Source of the DNA: a virus
DNA: 64,000 nt
Virus record (IMG/VR): IMGVR_UViG_3300023174_000064
Span: 82,038-146,037 of that record
Reading direction: 5' to 3' (one strand)
The position numbers and the translations under genes are program-made. Of this stretch, positions 1 to 11,026 are shown piece after piece; position 1 is the stretch's first letter; each line of letters begins with the position of its first letter. A model generated the notes under the pieces. The model made no database searches, was not told the origin of the DNA, and worked only from the letters and a program-made list of their open reading frames with translations.

Positions 1-308
1 TCAGACAAATTTACTCGATCAAGATTTAACTTGATTGGTTTTCTGTCTTGATCTAAAACTATAGCTTCATTTACTATATCTTCAATAGCAGCATCCACTT
101 CTGGATACAATGCCATAGAACGATAATGTTGAATCATCTGGTTTTCGTCACGAACCGCACCAGAAAAATCAACAAATGTACCAAATACTCCACCAGTTTC
201 TAAAATATAAGAACCATCATAAGAATCTGGAGTGATAATATCACCAGTTTGTTTTGATGATTCTTGCTTTTTTTTACCTATAGAAAATCCAAATAATTCT
301 AATTCCAT
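1..308 (-). CDS. gp20: Portal vertex protein gp20, 5' part (truncated by window edge)
   Basis: Manual translation MELELFGFSIGKK...QMIQHYRSMALYPEVDAAIEDIVNEAIV, a T4-like portal N-terminal motif; follows gp19. Confidence 0.92.
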   Translation of the reverse strand, partial: MELELFGFSIGKKKQESSKQTGDIITPDSYDGSYILETGGVFGTFVDFSGAVRDENQMIQHYRSMALYPEVDAAIEDIVNEAIVLDQDRKPIKLNLDRVNLS

Positions 309-354
309 ATATTCACCATTTTGTTTTTAAATCACGCTATGATATGTAGTTGAT

Positions 355-894
355 TTATGCTATCTTGTTTACAACATAATGACTGTACACAATACCAACA
401 CTAAATGCACCGAGTTTGTTGTCTTGTGCCATATCTAATTGGAATTGACCGATACCTACAGGCCAACAATTATTAAGGGTAAATTGTTTTATAACCTTAG
501 CTCCGTTTGGATCATATTGTTGTATAGTCCAATCTGATGCAAAATTTGATTTAGGGCTTCCTGCGTTTGGACTGGTATTTAATTCATGATGATTCATTTG
601 GTTATGCCAGTCATGAAAAGCTTTATATAATGTTTTTGAGCCTACATCGTCTAAAATAGAAATTTCCCATGGTTTATATGTACGATCTCCCGGATAACTT
701 ACTGTTCTACCTCTCCAATTAACAGAAATACTTCCTACGATTGCTTCAGGTAAATTTGCAGATCGAACGTGAAATTCGGTAAATGGAGTTTTTGTCCCTT
801 TGCCTACCGGTCCTATCTGACCGGTTACGGTAAAACGATTTATTCTCGTTCCACCTTTAAATCCGCCAATAAAGTCTTCTATTTTGTGGCCCAT
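355..894 (-). CDS. gp19: Tail tube protein gp19
   Basis: WRGRTVSYPGDRTYKPWEISILDD and FTLNNCWP motifs; synteny. Confidence 0.92.
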   Translation of the reverse strand: MGHKIEDFIGGFKGGTRINRFTVTGQIGPVGKGTKTPFTEFHVRSANLPEAIVGSISVNWRGRTVSYPGDRTYKPWEISILDDVGSKTLYKAFHDWHNQMNHHELNTSPNAGSPKSNFASDWTIQQYDPNGAKVIKQFTLNNCWPVGIGQFQLDMAQDNKLGAFSVGIVYSHYVVNKIA

Positions 895-906
895 GTGTGT
901 TCCTTT

Positions 907-2037
907 TTAGCTAACCAAAACTTCTCCGGTAGCAGAATTAGTTACTCGTATTGTTATTGTCGATACTGGATACACTAAATCAACAACCACATCTAATATT
1001 AGATTGCCCGCAGCTCGAACAGCTTGAGTATTATTTGATTCATCACATATTAAACTATAACTAGCAATACCATTATTTGCTAAAATACCATTCATTATAG
1101 GAGTAGCAGAATTTACTACTTGTAGACGTGTGATTGCATCGTTTATCTCAAACAAATACTGTTTTAGTGTTGTTGTTAATTGTTTTTTGATGTATAAAGC
1201 CAACATCATAGAATTTATTATACTTTGTGATGTACCAGATACCGGATATGAGGTTATATTACTTAAGAAGAAAGTTCCTTGTCCTGGTATTGAGTTTATT
1301 GGATTTACTCCACCAGCTGTAAAATAAGAGATATCACTATCTGAGAATTTTTGTGTCAGATAAAGAACATTTAAAATTCTACCATTCGTATAACCTGCAG
1401 GACTTATCCAAATATTATTACTTTCTGCTGTTCTGGCAAAACAACCAGCAACATCCGGACTCATTCCACCATCATACACTGTAGCAACACCGGAATTAAG
1501 GTAAGTAAATTTTTTACGACCAGCAACGTAAGTGACGTATTTACTTAAAGTTTTTTGACCAAAATCTGCCGTAAATCCGTCATAATTACTACTCATTGAT
1601 AGAGTAGCAATATCTCTGTAATTACCAACAATAGCCATGCAGTCGGTTCTTGTTGTTGCTGCATTTATTGCAGCACTCGAAGAAAAAGTATTACCACCAT
1701 CAAAAATTACATCCAATTCTACTATATTTTTATTATGGAGAGGGCTGTTTGTTAATAAGTTCACGTTGTAAAACGATCCAGTGGATCCGGTTCCACCAAC
1801 AAAACAAGAACCACCGTATTGCAAATAATTCCAAACACCAAACCATTCTCCTTGCCAATCTCCAGTTGGTCCACTGGTGGCAAATGTAGAATTACTTAAT
1901 CTGCCTAGCCAGTCATTTAAAGAAGAAACTGTCATTAAACCAGTTTCTTTTTCCGAAATTCCATCAGAACCAGTTATACCAAATTTTGGTACAAGTCCTT
2001 TAAAAGAAACCATTCCAGCTTTTAGGTCTTGTGGCAT
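907..2037 (-). CDS. gp18: Tail sheath protein gp18 (short, 376 aa)
   Basis: NYLQYG, WISPAG, LFEIND..TR and ICDESNNT motifs. Confidence 0.88.
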   Translation of the reverse strand: MPQDLKAGMVSFKGLVPKFGITGSDGISEKETGLMTVSSLNDWLGRLSNSTFATSGPTGDWQGEWFGVWNYLQYGGSCFVGGTGSTGSFYNVNLLTNSPLHNKNIVELDVIFDGGNTFSSSAAINAATTRTDCMAIVGNYRDIATLSMSSNYDGFTADFGQKTLSKYVTYVAGRKKFTYLNSGVATVYDGGMSPDVAGCFARTAESNNIWISPAGYTNGRILNVLYLTQKFSDSDISYFTAGGVNPINSIPGQGTFFLSNITSYPVSGTSQSIINSMMLALYIKKQLTTTLKQYLFEINDAITRLQVVNSATPIMNGILANNGIASYSLICDESNNTQAVRAAGNLILDVVVDLVYPVSTITIRVTNSATGEVLVS

Positions 2038-2075
2038 TTATATAGTCCTTTATTCCGTTCCAATATTTATGTTTT

Positions 2076-3725
2076 TTAAAAATTCACTTGTCCTTCATCG
2101 TTATCATAGGAACTAATAAAACCAAAACTAAACCAATCGTCTTCTTCTATTTTTTTAATTTCTCCCTCAAACAGCTCTTTTCTGATATCAATATTAGTAA
2201 TTTCTTTAAAATACGGCTGTTTTGTAAGCCAAGAGAATAGCACCAAACACATAACTAGGTCGTCTGTATGACCATCATCTGCACTAAAACTATTCCATTT
2301 TGCTACAAACGATAGTAATTCTTTTATTATTTCTTCGTCTTCAATAATTAATTTGTCTTGTTCTACCAAACTCTTTAGGATAGAACAACCTAATTTTTTT
2401 ACTATAGCAGTCGTTCTTACTCCAAATAACGTTTCACCTTTACCAAATCCGCCGTTTAATACCATTCCAGCTCGGCCTTTATTCATGCTAGTTAGCAAGT
2501 TATCATATTCCAGATCGTAATGTAAAATATCAGCAACCTGTCCACCAATATCATTTACTTCTACTAACATGTAAGCATTATTGTATTTTTTACCTAAAGC
2601 AGCTAAAATGGTAGGATAGAGCATAGGTGAAATAATATTATTTCTATATTTTGCCACAATTTTGTATGGCGATTCTGTTATATCAAATACCACTGCAGCA
2701 CTGTAATCTTTTCCTTGTCCTCTGGAGGTATCCACAGTTATCACATATGCTCTGTTGGGCTTAGGTTCCTCGTATACCGAAAATCCTTCGGCTGATCTGG
2801 ATAACGGTCTTTTAGAAACCAACACATGTAGTTTAGAAGTAGAAATTAGTGTGTTAGACGAACCAATAAAGTCACAATCATATTCGCTTTTAAACTTCTG
2901 TTCACCACCAGAACCGCCACCTAATTGCTTAATAGTTCGTTGTTTCCATTTATCGTCTCGTAGCGGACCACCCGGATATAGAGGAACTTGGCTCCAATGT
3001 ACCTCTACTGGCACGTATTCGTTCTTGCCTTCTTCTCCGGCCTTCCTAGAGGCTCCCTGCCAAAGGTTGTAAAACATGTTTAAACCGTTTGGTGTCGATA
3101 CTATGATGACTTTAGTGGTTTGACCGGATGTAATAGTCGGATACACCGAGCTAAAAAACTCATCCGCAATATTAGCTGGAACGTGGGCAAACTCATCCAT
3201 AAAGATTACGTTATACGAACCACCGCGAACAGCAGAAGCAGAGGTGGCAGATGCCAAAACACGAGATCCATTTTCTAACTGAATAGAAGTCTTGTTCCAC
3301 TCAACCACACCGTGTTGAAGCCATTTTGGAAGATACTCGTAAGCTTCTTTTAAACGCTTCATAATTTCCATAGCAGTCTTCATCTTGTTGGCAAGAATGG
3401 CTATGTTTACGTTTTGATTAAATATTAAATAATGAACCATCCAAGCAACAGTGGTTGTAGTTTTACCGGTCTGTCGAGGTAGCTTGGCAATAACAAAACG
3501 ATTATCTTGGATTGTTCTAACAATATTTTCTTGATAATCATACAACCCAAAAGACTCAAGACCTTTATCTGTAGTTACAATCTTAATGTATTTTTTAATA
3601 AAATATACTGGATCGTTCGCACATTTAATGTACTCTTCAACTTGCTCTTTAGTAAATTCAATAGAAACCCCAATCTCTTTAAGATTAGGATTGCCAAGAT
3701 AACCTGATTTTTTTTTATATCCCAT
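2076..3725 (-). CDS. gp17: Terminase large subunit gp17
   Basis: YLGNPNLK, PRQTGKTT Walker A, MDEFAH Walker B, DDLVM nuclease motif. Confidence 0.97.
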   Translation of the reverse strand: MGYKKKSGYLGNPNLKEIGVSIEFTKEQVEEYIKCANDPVYFIKKYIKIVTTDKGLESFGLYDYQENIVRTIQDNRFVIAKLPRQTGKTTTTVAWMVHYLIFNQNVNIAILANKMKTAMEIMKRLKEAYEYLPKWLQHGVVEWNKTSIQLENGSRVLASATSASAVRGGSYNVIFMDEFAHVPANIADEFFSSVYPTITSGQTTKVIIVSTPNGLNMFYNLWQGASRKAGEEGKNEYVPVEVHWSQVPLYPGGPLRDDKWKQRTIKQLGGGSGGEQKFKSEYDCDFIGSSNTLISTSKLHVLVSKRPLSRSAEGFSVYEEPKPNRAYVITVDTSRGQGKDYSAAVVFDITESPYKIVAKYRNNIISPMLYPTILAALGKKYNNAYMLVEVNDIGGQVADILHYDLEYDNLLTSMNKGRAGMVLNGGFGKGETLFGVRTTAIVKKLGCSILKSLVEQDKLIIEDEEIIKELLSFVAKWNSFSADDGHTDDLVMCLVLFSWLTKQPYFKEITNIDIRKELFEGEIKKIEEDDWFSFGFISSYDNDEGQVNF

Positions 3726-4152
3726 CGTCTAAAAATTTCTGGCTGTCAAGAGCCTTGTTTCTGCTGCGATCTTTGTTTATTAGATCTTGTAATTCACTGG
3801 TAGAACCAACGTAAATTGAATTGTTAGTTGTATGATTAACTTTAATTTCTTCTTTCTTGATTGCTTTAGATTTTTGATATAAATCTATTAAATCTTTATT
3901 CATTTCTGAGACAGTTTTTAATAACTGTCCAAGAACTTCATAAGCTCTTGGTGAATCACCTGCTTTTGCAACTTTAAGAATTTCGTCTATTGCGCAAGAA
4001 CCATTATCAATCAATCCTTTAATGTTATCACGAACATAATTAAAATCTGCATCAAGACTAACACCTGTAGTGTTGTCTTTTTTTATGATAACTGGTTCCG
4101 ATCCTTTAAATTCTATACCTAAATTTTGAGAAATAATATCAGAAGAATCCAT
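3715..4152 (-). CDS. gp16: Terminase small subunit gp16
   Basis: SPRAYEVLGQL and TNNSIYVGSTSELQ motifs; overlaps gp17 start. Confidence 0.92.
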   Translation of the reverse strand: MDSSDIISQNLGIEFKGSEPVIIKKDNTTGVSLDADFNYVRDNIKGLIDNGSCAIDEILKVAKAGDSPRAYEVLGQLLKTVSEMNKDLIDLYQKSKAIKKEEIKVNHTTNNSIYVGSTSELQDLINKDRSRNKALDSQKFLDDGI

Positions 4153-4157
4153 ATAAT

Positions 4158-4826
4158 TTATACATTTCCATTTATAAGAGTTACTCCATCAATATCATAT
4201 ACATTAAAATTAACAGTTCGAATACTTGTACCAGTAGTAATTTTTCCATAAATGTACGATTTTGCAACAAACTGATAAGAACTAACAATAAATCTTCTGG
4301 TACTAAAATCACCTTCAAATTCTTGAGTTAAATTGCTGGTTGCTATACTAACAGGAACATCTATATTTTGGCTTAAACTATTCATATTTACTGATATTAA
4401 AAATTCAGGAGAAAAATAAGGAAGAATTTGTTCCATTATTTGTAAATTTTCTTCTAAATTTCTAGTAAAAATACTTAAATTAAACACAAAATTATAAGGA
4501 ACTTCGGCATAGGAATAACTGGCGGTTAGACCGTTATTGCTTATTTTTTTGTTTGTTTTATTTAATTTTCGTATAGGATCGTATATTATCTGAGACAATT
4601 CAAATGACATTCTAGGAAGAGAAATTTCTATACGTGTTTTATCGCTTATTGAACTGGGTTCAATTAAACGTTTTATAAATTTTTCTTTTGCAGTGTACAT
4701 CAAAGGAACAGTGAATATTCTTTCATCGCCATTTTCATCTGTCTGCTGTAGTTCAACGCCATTAAAAAGACTTCCAAAAGCAATAACGAGTTTTCTGATA
4801 GAATCATTTTTATAGTGTGAAAACAT
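4158..4826 (-). CDS. gp15: Tail sheath stabiliser/terminator gp15
   Basis: IRKLVIAFGSLFN, LPRMSFE and QIMEQILPYF motifs. Confidence 0.93.
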   Translation of the reverse strand: MFSHYKNDSIRKLVIAFGSLFNGVELQQTDENGDERIFTVPLMYTAKEKFIKRLIEPSSISDKTRIEISLPRMSFELSQIIYDPIRKLNKTNKKISNNGLTASYSYAEVPYNFVFNLSIFTRNLEENLQIMEQILPYFSPEFLISVNMNSLSQNIDVPVSIATSNLTQEFEGDFSTRRFIVSSYQFVAKSYIYGKITTGTSIRTVNFNVYDIDGVTLINGNV

Positions 4827-5755
4827 TAATAATTTCCTTCAGAGAATGGATCAGTTTCTGTGAAATTTATTATATCAGAATTTGTAGCTTCTTTTTCTAT
4901 GTCATCATTATCACCAGCTGGTGTTTTATCTTCACTAGAAACAAGCACGATATTTGTTGTTTCGCCCACAATAGAAGTAACGTAACACTCTATACCGCTG
5001 TCTACACCCTTTAGAGTTTGTGATGTTTCTATATTTCCTGTGACATTCACTAATTCTAGATAACCGTTTCCTGCAGGTTTAATTGCAACATAACCAACCC
5101 CAGTTGCATTTTGTTCCAGTGCGTCTTGTTCCCTGAATCCGTATACTTGATACACCTTTTCTCCCGGATAATAAGTGTGTAAAGTTATTCCAGCTATATC
5201 GTTGCCAATTGCATATTTTTGAGTATACTGGCGGCTTTCTTCTTGTAGTGCATCGATATCTGTGGTTCCTGTAGTTACGTTCTCTTGATCGTAAGTAAAC
5301 AGCTCGCATGTTAAACGATACGAATACAATTTTCCTTGTTGATAAAAGGGATTTTCGTGTTCCACAAAATTTATTTCAAACATAGATTTTGAGAGTGGAA
5401 AATAAATTAAATCTCCTTCTCTTGGTCGAGTAATTTCAGAAAATCTAGTTTGGACTTCTTGTATAAAGCGTTTTTTAGATAAAGTAAGAAATATATTATC
5501 TTTAATTTCAATTCCAAATTTACTGGCAATATCACCTTGGCCCCTAAATCCGGTAACAGAATCAATATACATTTCTAATGGTACAGAATCTTTGTAAGAT
5601 ACTTGATTTCCTTCACCAAAAATTTTATCAAATACTACCATATTTCTTGGAATGTAATACATTTCTCTGCCCATCGTTTTAATTATTTCAATGGTCAGAT
5701 CTTCTGTTACGTCTTGTTCACCAGAATAATCTTTAAAATATGGATTAGTGGGCAT
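4826..5755 (-). CDS. gp14: Neck protein gp14
   Basis: RPREGDLIYFP, FEINFVEHENPFYQ and CELF motifs. Confidence 0.93.
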   Translation of the reverse strand: MPTNPYFKDYSGEQDVTEDLTIEIIKTMGREMYYIPRNMVVFDKIFGEGNQVSYKDSVPLEMYIDSVTGFRGQGDIASKFGIEIKDNIFLTLSKKRFIQEVQTRFSEITRPREGDLIYFPLSKSMFEINFVEHENPFYQQGKLYSYRLTCELFTYDQENVTTGTTDIDALQEESRQYTQKYAIGNDIAGITLHTYYPGEKVYQVYGFREQDALEQNATGVGYVAIKPAGNGYLELVNVTGNIETSQTLKGVDSGIECYVTSIVGETTNIVLVSSEDKTPAGDNDDIEKEATNSDIINFTETDPFSEGNY

Positions 5756-5756
5756 A

Positions 5757-6557
5757 TTAACCTGTCATGAAATCAATTGGCAATTCGTAACTACGTAGGA
5801 CATCTGCTTCTATTTGTGCTATTTCTGAAGTTGCTTCTGCAAAAATTTGAGCACCGCGCATAGTGACACCACCGGGTAATTGCACTCCCTCAAACTTAGA
5901 CATGTTTGCTCCCCATTGACGCTTTATAAGAGCAGTCAAATATCTCTTCAAATAACGATCATTAAATATTTCAGTGTATTTTTCTGGATCTAAAGCAGCA
6001 TACGCCAAAATACAAATCCAATTTCCTGCTTTTGCTTCTTCGCTCCAATTCATGTCAAGATAAAGACGATTGGTTACTTTGCTGAACTCAATAGCCTTTT
6101 CTGGTTGAAACATGTCTTGAATTAATTGAATGTATCGTTTTGTGGAATCATAAGAAGCCAGACCCATAGAGTAAACACCACTTAAATTTCTATTAATACC
6201 AAAATAATCAGTTAGTGCTAATTGATAACGAACGTCAAACATGTTGATATTTGAAAACGCACCAAATTGCATAACTTTAACTACCGATACTATTTGTTTG
6301 CCAGTCGGGCCATCCGCTTCATTTGGTGATAAAATATTTTCTGTATTGATATAACGATTATCGATATCTTGTTGGGTTACTTGATATTTAAAAAATACTT
6401 TTTCTACACCATCAAAATGACGTTCTGTGAAGTATTGAAGAGCGTCGTCTAAACGGTCTTCGCACTGTTCCCAATCCACGTTGATTTCGACAACAGGAGC
6501 TCCTAATTGTCGCAAACTATATTGAATTAATGATTCTCTGGAATTTGGTGTTGCCAT
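5757..6557 (-). CDS. gp13: Neck protein gp13
   Basis: LRQLGAPVVEINV and QWGANMSKFEGVQLPGGV motifs. Confidence 0.94.
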   Translation of the reverse strand: MATPNSRESLIQYSLRQLGAPVVEINVDWEQCEDRLDDALQYFTERHFDGVEKVFFKYQVTQQDIDNRYINTENILSPNEADGPTGKQIVSVVKVMQFGAFSNINMFDVRYQLALTDYFGINRNLSGVYSMGLASYDSTKRYIQLIQDMFQPEKAIEFSKVTNRLYLDMNWSEEAKAGNWICILAYAALDPEKYTEIFNDRYLKRYLTALIKRQWGANMSKFEGVQLPGGVTMRGAQIFAEATSEIAQIEADVLRSYELPIDFMTG

Positions 6558-6603
6558 GGTTGTTAAATATATTTATGGCAAACAACAATTTACCAATTAG
6601 ATA

Positions 6604-7125
6604 TTATTCTAAATTTGTGCCTTCTGGTGGGGCGTGAACGTTTACAGGAATTTTCATAACTTCACTATAATCTATAGTTTCAATATAGTATTTTCTACTA
6701 ATAGGCTCTGTTTTTTCGTCTGAATTACTGGGTTCGTAATTTGAAAATCCGGGCATTTTAAGAGGACAATTTAATTTTGGGTAGTCTAGTTTGCTGTACT
6801 CTTCTGATGTTCCAGTCAACCAACTTCTTGGTTTATCACCACAACCACATCCACCACAGTAAAATTTGCCTGCAGTTTCGCTGGTTTTGAGATGTTGACA
6901 TGGTGGCAATTCACCACCATTTGATTGATTACCAAAACATCCCAAAACTCTGAGTTGTTTTGTTGGCGTATCAATCTTATTATCAGCAAATCCTCTAGAC
7001 ACAATTGCCTGAGCAAAACTTTGTATCAACCCTAGTTTTGTTGATAAGATATTTTTTACTTGTTGCTCTGGTGGTTCTTCTCTAAACTGTTCATTTTGTT
7101 TGTTTTTATTGCATCCACAACCCAT
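6604..7125 (-). CDS. Cys-rich hypothetical protein (MGCGC...CGGCGC...CPL)
   Basis: ORF in operon; Cys pattern shared with 24754..25287. Confidence 0.7.
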   Translation of the reverse strand: MGCGCNKNKQNEQFREEPPEQQVKNILSTKLGLIQSFAQAIVSRGFADNKIDTPTKQLRVLGCFGNQSNGGELPPCQHLKTSETAGKFYCGGCGCGDKPRSWLTGTSEEYSKLDYPKLNCPLKMPGFSNYEPSNSDEKTEPISRKYYIETIDYSEVMKIPVNVHAPPEGTNLE

Positions 7126-7153
7126 AATATAATCCTTTCACTTACTATACTAT

Positions 7154-10100
7154 TTATCCGGTCAAACCTACTGGTGTCAAAGTATAATAACCAGTGAATA
7201 TTGCTGTTTGTCTTGTTTGTGGTAAAAGATACAAAATAGCATCATTTCCGTTAATATTACAACCAAGGTCCCAAGTAAGACGGCTAGGATGTGCTGTAAG
7301 ATTTATTGCTACTACGTAAGTTTGTCTATCAGTTCCGTCACTAGAAACTCCATCGTGAACAATAAGATCTTTTCTACCAATATAGTATCCAGTTGGAATT
7401 GGTGCGCCCACAGGCTCCACCCCAATTCCACTTGGCCAAACACCTTGAGAGGTATTTTGATCAATGATGTTTACTGTTGAAGTAACATCTATCATATTAT
7501 ATTGATTTTTATTAAATCTGGCTACTTCGGCACTTAAACCTGTTTTAGACACAATTTTAAATGCATTCATTATTACTCTATTGTTTTCGGTAATACCCAT
7601 TACTCGACCAAAACTAAAAGTGCCTCCAGAAACAACAGATCCTGTAAATGTAGCACCGGATGCACTTAAACCGGCAGCAAAAATTTGTTGAGCAGTAAAT
7701 GTGTTTGTTACATTTGTTGCTGCACCGCTTGTTGATATGGTAACTGCGCCAGTTAAGCCGTTAACAGAAGACACCAGATTTGTAAATGACTGTCCGTTTA
7801 GACTCATCGTTCCACTTAACGTGGCACCGGATGCACTTAAACCATTTGGAAGTTGTAATTGCCCGTAAATAGTGGCAGATTGTTGTAGTGTGGTACCTAA
7901 TACCGCAGTATTAGAACCTAAACCAATAGCATTAGTACCAATTACTATTTCGTTAATTTGGCTATTTGCAGAAGCACGAGTATTATAACCTATGAAAACA
8001 CCACCTGTTACTGATGTTAATGAAGTTCCTGATCCGAAGTACCTACCAGCATCATATCCTATACCAGTATTATTACTGCCTGTTATATTTGATCTAAGTG
8101 CCTGCGTACCAATTGCCACGTTACTGCTGCCTGATGTGTTTGATGTTAGAGTATTGAAACCAACAGCGGTATTGTCTTGACCACCAACATTACTGCTCAA
8201 AGCACCACTACCAAAAGCAGAATTTTCAGTACCAGAAATGTTTGCTGTCAGTGCATTAAAACCAACACCAGTATTATCAGCACCGTTAGTGTTGACCAAT
8301 AAAGATCCAGAACCAACAGCAACATTATGAGTTCCTGTGGTGTTTGCGTTTAAAGCCCCAGAACCAAGAGCCGCATTTGAAGTAAGATTTCCAGCACCAA
8401 TACCAACACTAGCACTATTAACAGTAATATCTTTAGTGAAAGCTACACCAGTAATGCCACTGGGAACCGACAGTAAACCACGTAGTGTGGTGGATGTTGT
8501 ATCGGTATTACCTATAACTGTAGTGTTTGATCCGTTACCAATAGCATCATAACCTATTACTATTTCATTTGTTTGATCATTTGCCCCAGGAGAACAGTCT
8601 GCACCTATAAAAATAGAAGCAGTACAGCCAGTATGGTCATCACCATCTGGTAAAAATGCTCCAGCAGCATATCCTACAGAAACATAACTGTAACCGTCCA
8701 GATAATATCCGGAGAAAGCTCCTATACTGGTATTCCATTTTTTATTGTTATTGGCTCCAACGCTAGTGCCTATGAAAACGTTGTCTTCTTGGCCCAATCC
8801 GGTGTTTAAACCAATTCCAATTGATTGTAACGGTCTCGATATTAAACCAGAACCACCGCTTTGAAATCCAATACCAACACAAGATTCTGGATATAATGCA
8901 TCTGTGCCTGCTCTACAGCCTATAAAAGTACAATTCTGTGCCCCTGCGGCTTGGCGGCCTTGACCGTATTGCGGGCCGTTTCCTCCCGCGTTATATCCTA
9001 TAAAAACATTTTCTTCGCGAATAGCAGTACATCCGTTGAGTACCTCGTGACCTATTAATACGTTTCTAAATGGTTGGCCACCAGTAACATATTGAGAAGA
9101 AAATAATGGATCTAATATGTTGTCACCAATAACAATAGTATTCGATACGCCGTTTCCTGCAGTACTACCATTATCCGCAAAAATACGAGATCCAATACCA
9201 ATATTATTCCCGTAAGTATACCTGTAAAACTGAGTCGTTCCTGAGACAACCTCTCTGGTTACACCAAATCGTGCAATTGTTGTATACTGAGCAGTAAGCC
9301 CTACATGTTGGGCACCTAGTATTGGAAGATCAGGTTGTGTTGATGGTATACCAGCAATATTCGGATAAAACTGGTGATATAATTTTATATTTCCCGCATT
9401 TGTTATTCCACCATAACCTATACTACTGATAAGTGTTTCACCTCTAATTACTGTGGAATATATAAACCATCCACATACTCCAAGTACAGCCTGGTAACCA
9501 GAATACGTAATTCCTTTTTCTGTTGTATAATTACCAAAAATTTGTAATTTTGTTGTTAAAGTTGTACCAATCACCGCAGTATTGGAACCTAAACCTACCG
9601 CATCAGCACCAATTACAATTTCATTGTTTGATAATGAACCAGTATTTACTCGGGTATTATAACCTAATAGTACGGATTTGCTTGTGGTTGAGGAATTTTT
9701 TCCTGCCTCTGTACCAACAGCAGTATTGTAATTACCGCTTACCATATTGGTCAATGCTTGATAACCAACACCCAGATTTCCTGTTGCTGTATTAGCTGCC
9801 AGCGCAGCAGAACCCACTGCAGTATTGTAATTACCTGATGAGTTTGTTGATAAGCTGTTATAACCTACTGCAGTATTATCATTTCCGTTATTGTTTTGTA
9901 GTAAAGAGGAAGCACCAATTCCAGTGTTGTCTTCACCATTTCCATTACTGACTAATGCATTAGAACCTAATGCAGTATTGAAATTACCTGATGTGTTGTT
10001 AAATAAGCTGTTATAACCTACTGCAGTATTATCGTTTCCGTCTGTATTACTGCTTAATACATCGACGCCAACAGCTGTGGATTGATTTGGATTTTTACCA

Positions 10101-11008
10101 CGACCAACAGTAATAGTATTAACACGTATATCTGCACCAAACGTGGCACCAGCCGCACTTATACCAGCATTAAATGTTTGTACTGGAGTAAACACATTCG
10201 CCACTGATGTAGTAACACCAGTAACAGCACCAGTTAATCCGTTAAATGTAGCCACACCAGTTAAATTACCGGTTAATCCGTTTAAACTACTCACAACATT
10301 AGTTACTGTTGGTATACTTGCAGTTAAAGATCCAGTAATGGTAACATTTCCGTTAAAAACAGAAGCAGCATTAACTGTTAAATTACCGTTTAATGTAGCA
10401 TTTCCATTTAATGTGGCACCAGCCGCACTTATACCAGCATTAAATGTTTGTACTGGAGTAAACACATTCGCCACTGATGTAGTAACACCAGTAACAGCAC
10501 CAGTTAATCCGTTGAATGAAGCCACACCACTAACACTATTTGGATTAAATCCTGGAGCAATTAAATTTCCAGTTATTACGACATTACCATTAAATGTGGC
10601 ACCACTAGCAGAAATACCTGCTGTGTATTCTTGTAGCGTGGTAAAAATCTGTGTGGTGTCTAATCTTGCAATATTTTCTATTGCTCCAAACGATCCGTTT
10701 ACCGACAAAACGCCAGCATTTGTTATTATGGGATTAGTAGTACCAGTGATGGTTATACCAGAATTACCGGATCTAATTCCTGTGACACCAGAAACAGCAC
10801 CAGTTAAACCATTAAAAGAACTTACGTAATTACTAAAAGTAACAACTCCAGTTAATCCATTAAATGCCGCAACATAATCTCCACTAATACCAGTTGAGAG
10901 AGACCCACCACATATTCCAGCATTAACAGCTGCAATTAAACTGTTTGTTGTATTGAATAGTGTTTGAAAAGTATCGTTGCCAGTTAATGAAGTTATTGGT
11001 GTTGACAT
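7154..11008 (-). CDS. Tail fibre/adhesin-like repeat protein
   Basis: N-terminal DTF.T...TN virion-anchor-like motif, SFNGLTGAV and GISA.GAT repeats, 14-aa NTAVG beta-helix repeats. Confidence 0.75.
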   Translation of the reverse strand: MSTPITSLTGNDTFQTLFNTTNSLIAAVNAGICGGSLSTGISGDYVAAFNGLTGVVTFSNYVSSFNGLTGAVSGVTGIRSGNSGITITGTTNPIITNAGVLSVNGSFGAIENIARLDTTQIFTTLQEYTAGISASGATFNGNVVITGNLIAPGFNPNSVSGVASFNGLTGAVTGVTTSVANVFTPVQTFNAGISAAGATLNGNATLNGNLTVNAASVFNGNVTITGSLTASIPTVTNVVSSLNGLTGNLTGVATFNGLTGAVTGVTTSVANVFTPVQTFNAGISAAGATFGADIRVNTITVGRGKNPNQSTAVGVDVLSSNTDGNDNTAVGYNSLFNNTSGNFNTALGSNALVSNGNGEDNTGIGASSLLQNNNGNDNTAVGYNSLSTNSSGNYNTAVGSAALAANTATGNLGVGYQALTNMVSGNYNTAVGTEAGKNSSTTSKSVLLGYNTRVNTGSLSNNEIVIGADAVGLGSNTAVIGTTLTTKLQIFGNYTTEKGITYSGYQAVLGVCGWFIYSTVIRGETLISSIGYGGITNAGNIKLYHQFYPNIAGIPSTQPDLPILGAQHVGLTAQYTTIARFGVTREVVSGTTQFYRYTYGNNIGIGSRIFADNGSTAGNGVSNTIVIGDNILDPLFSSQYVTGGQPFRNVLIGHEVLNGCTAIREENVFIGYNAGGNGPQYGQGRQAAGAQNCTFIGCRAGTDALYPESCVGIGFQSGGSGLISRPLQSIGIGLNTGLGQEDNVFIGTSVGANNNKKWNTSIGAFSGYYLDGYSYVSVGYAAGAFLPDGDDHTGCTASIFIGADCSPGANDQTNEIVIGYDAIGNGSNTTVIGNTDTTSTTLRGLLSVPSGITGVAFTKDITVNSASVGIGAGNLTSNAALGSGALNANTTGTHNVAVGSGSLLVNTNGADNTGVGFNALTANISGTENSAFGSGALSSNVGGQDNTAVGFNTLTSNTSGSSNVAIGTQALRSNITGSNNTGIGYDAGRYFGSGTSLTSVTGGVFIGYNTRASANSQINEIVIGTNAIGLGSNTAVLGTTLQQSATIYGQLQLPNGLSASGATLSGTMSLNGQSFTNLVSSVNGLTGAVTISTSGAATNVTNTFTAQQIFAAGLSASGATFTGSVVSGGTFSFGRVMGITENNRVIMNAFKIVSKTGLSAEVARFNKNQYNMIDVTSTVNIIDQNTSQGVWPSGIGVEPVGAPIPTGYYIGRKDLIVHDGVSSDGTDRQTYVVAINLTAHPSRLTWDLGCNINGNDAILYLLPQTRQTAIFTGYYTLTPVGLTG
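10143..10513. repeat. Exact 101-bp direct repeat inside the fibre gene (10143-10243 and 10413-10513)
   Basis: Identical sequence read directly; encodes NGLTGAVTGVTTSVANVFTPVQTFNAGISAAGAT. Confidence 0.9.
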
Positions 11009-11026
11009 TGTAAGTTAAACTTTCCT

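Noticed and set aside
2076-3725. Intein or intron in terminase
   Set aside because: Length and motifs are continuous with no insertion
10143-10829. 228-aa plus-strand ORF inside the fibre gene
   Set aside because: Antisense shadow of Gly/Thr/Asn repeats
7154-11008. Diversity-generating retroelement in the fibre gene
   Set aside because: The 101-bp repeat is exact with no adenine-specific mismatches, and no reverse transcriptase is present
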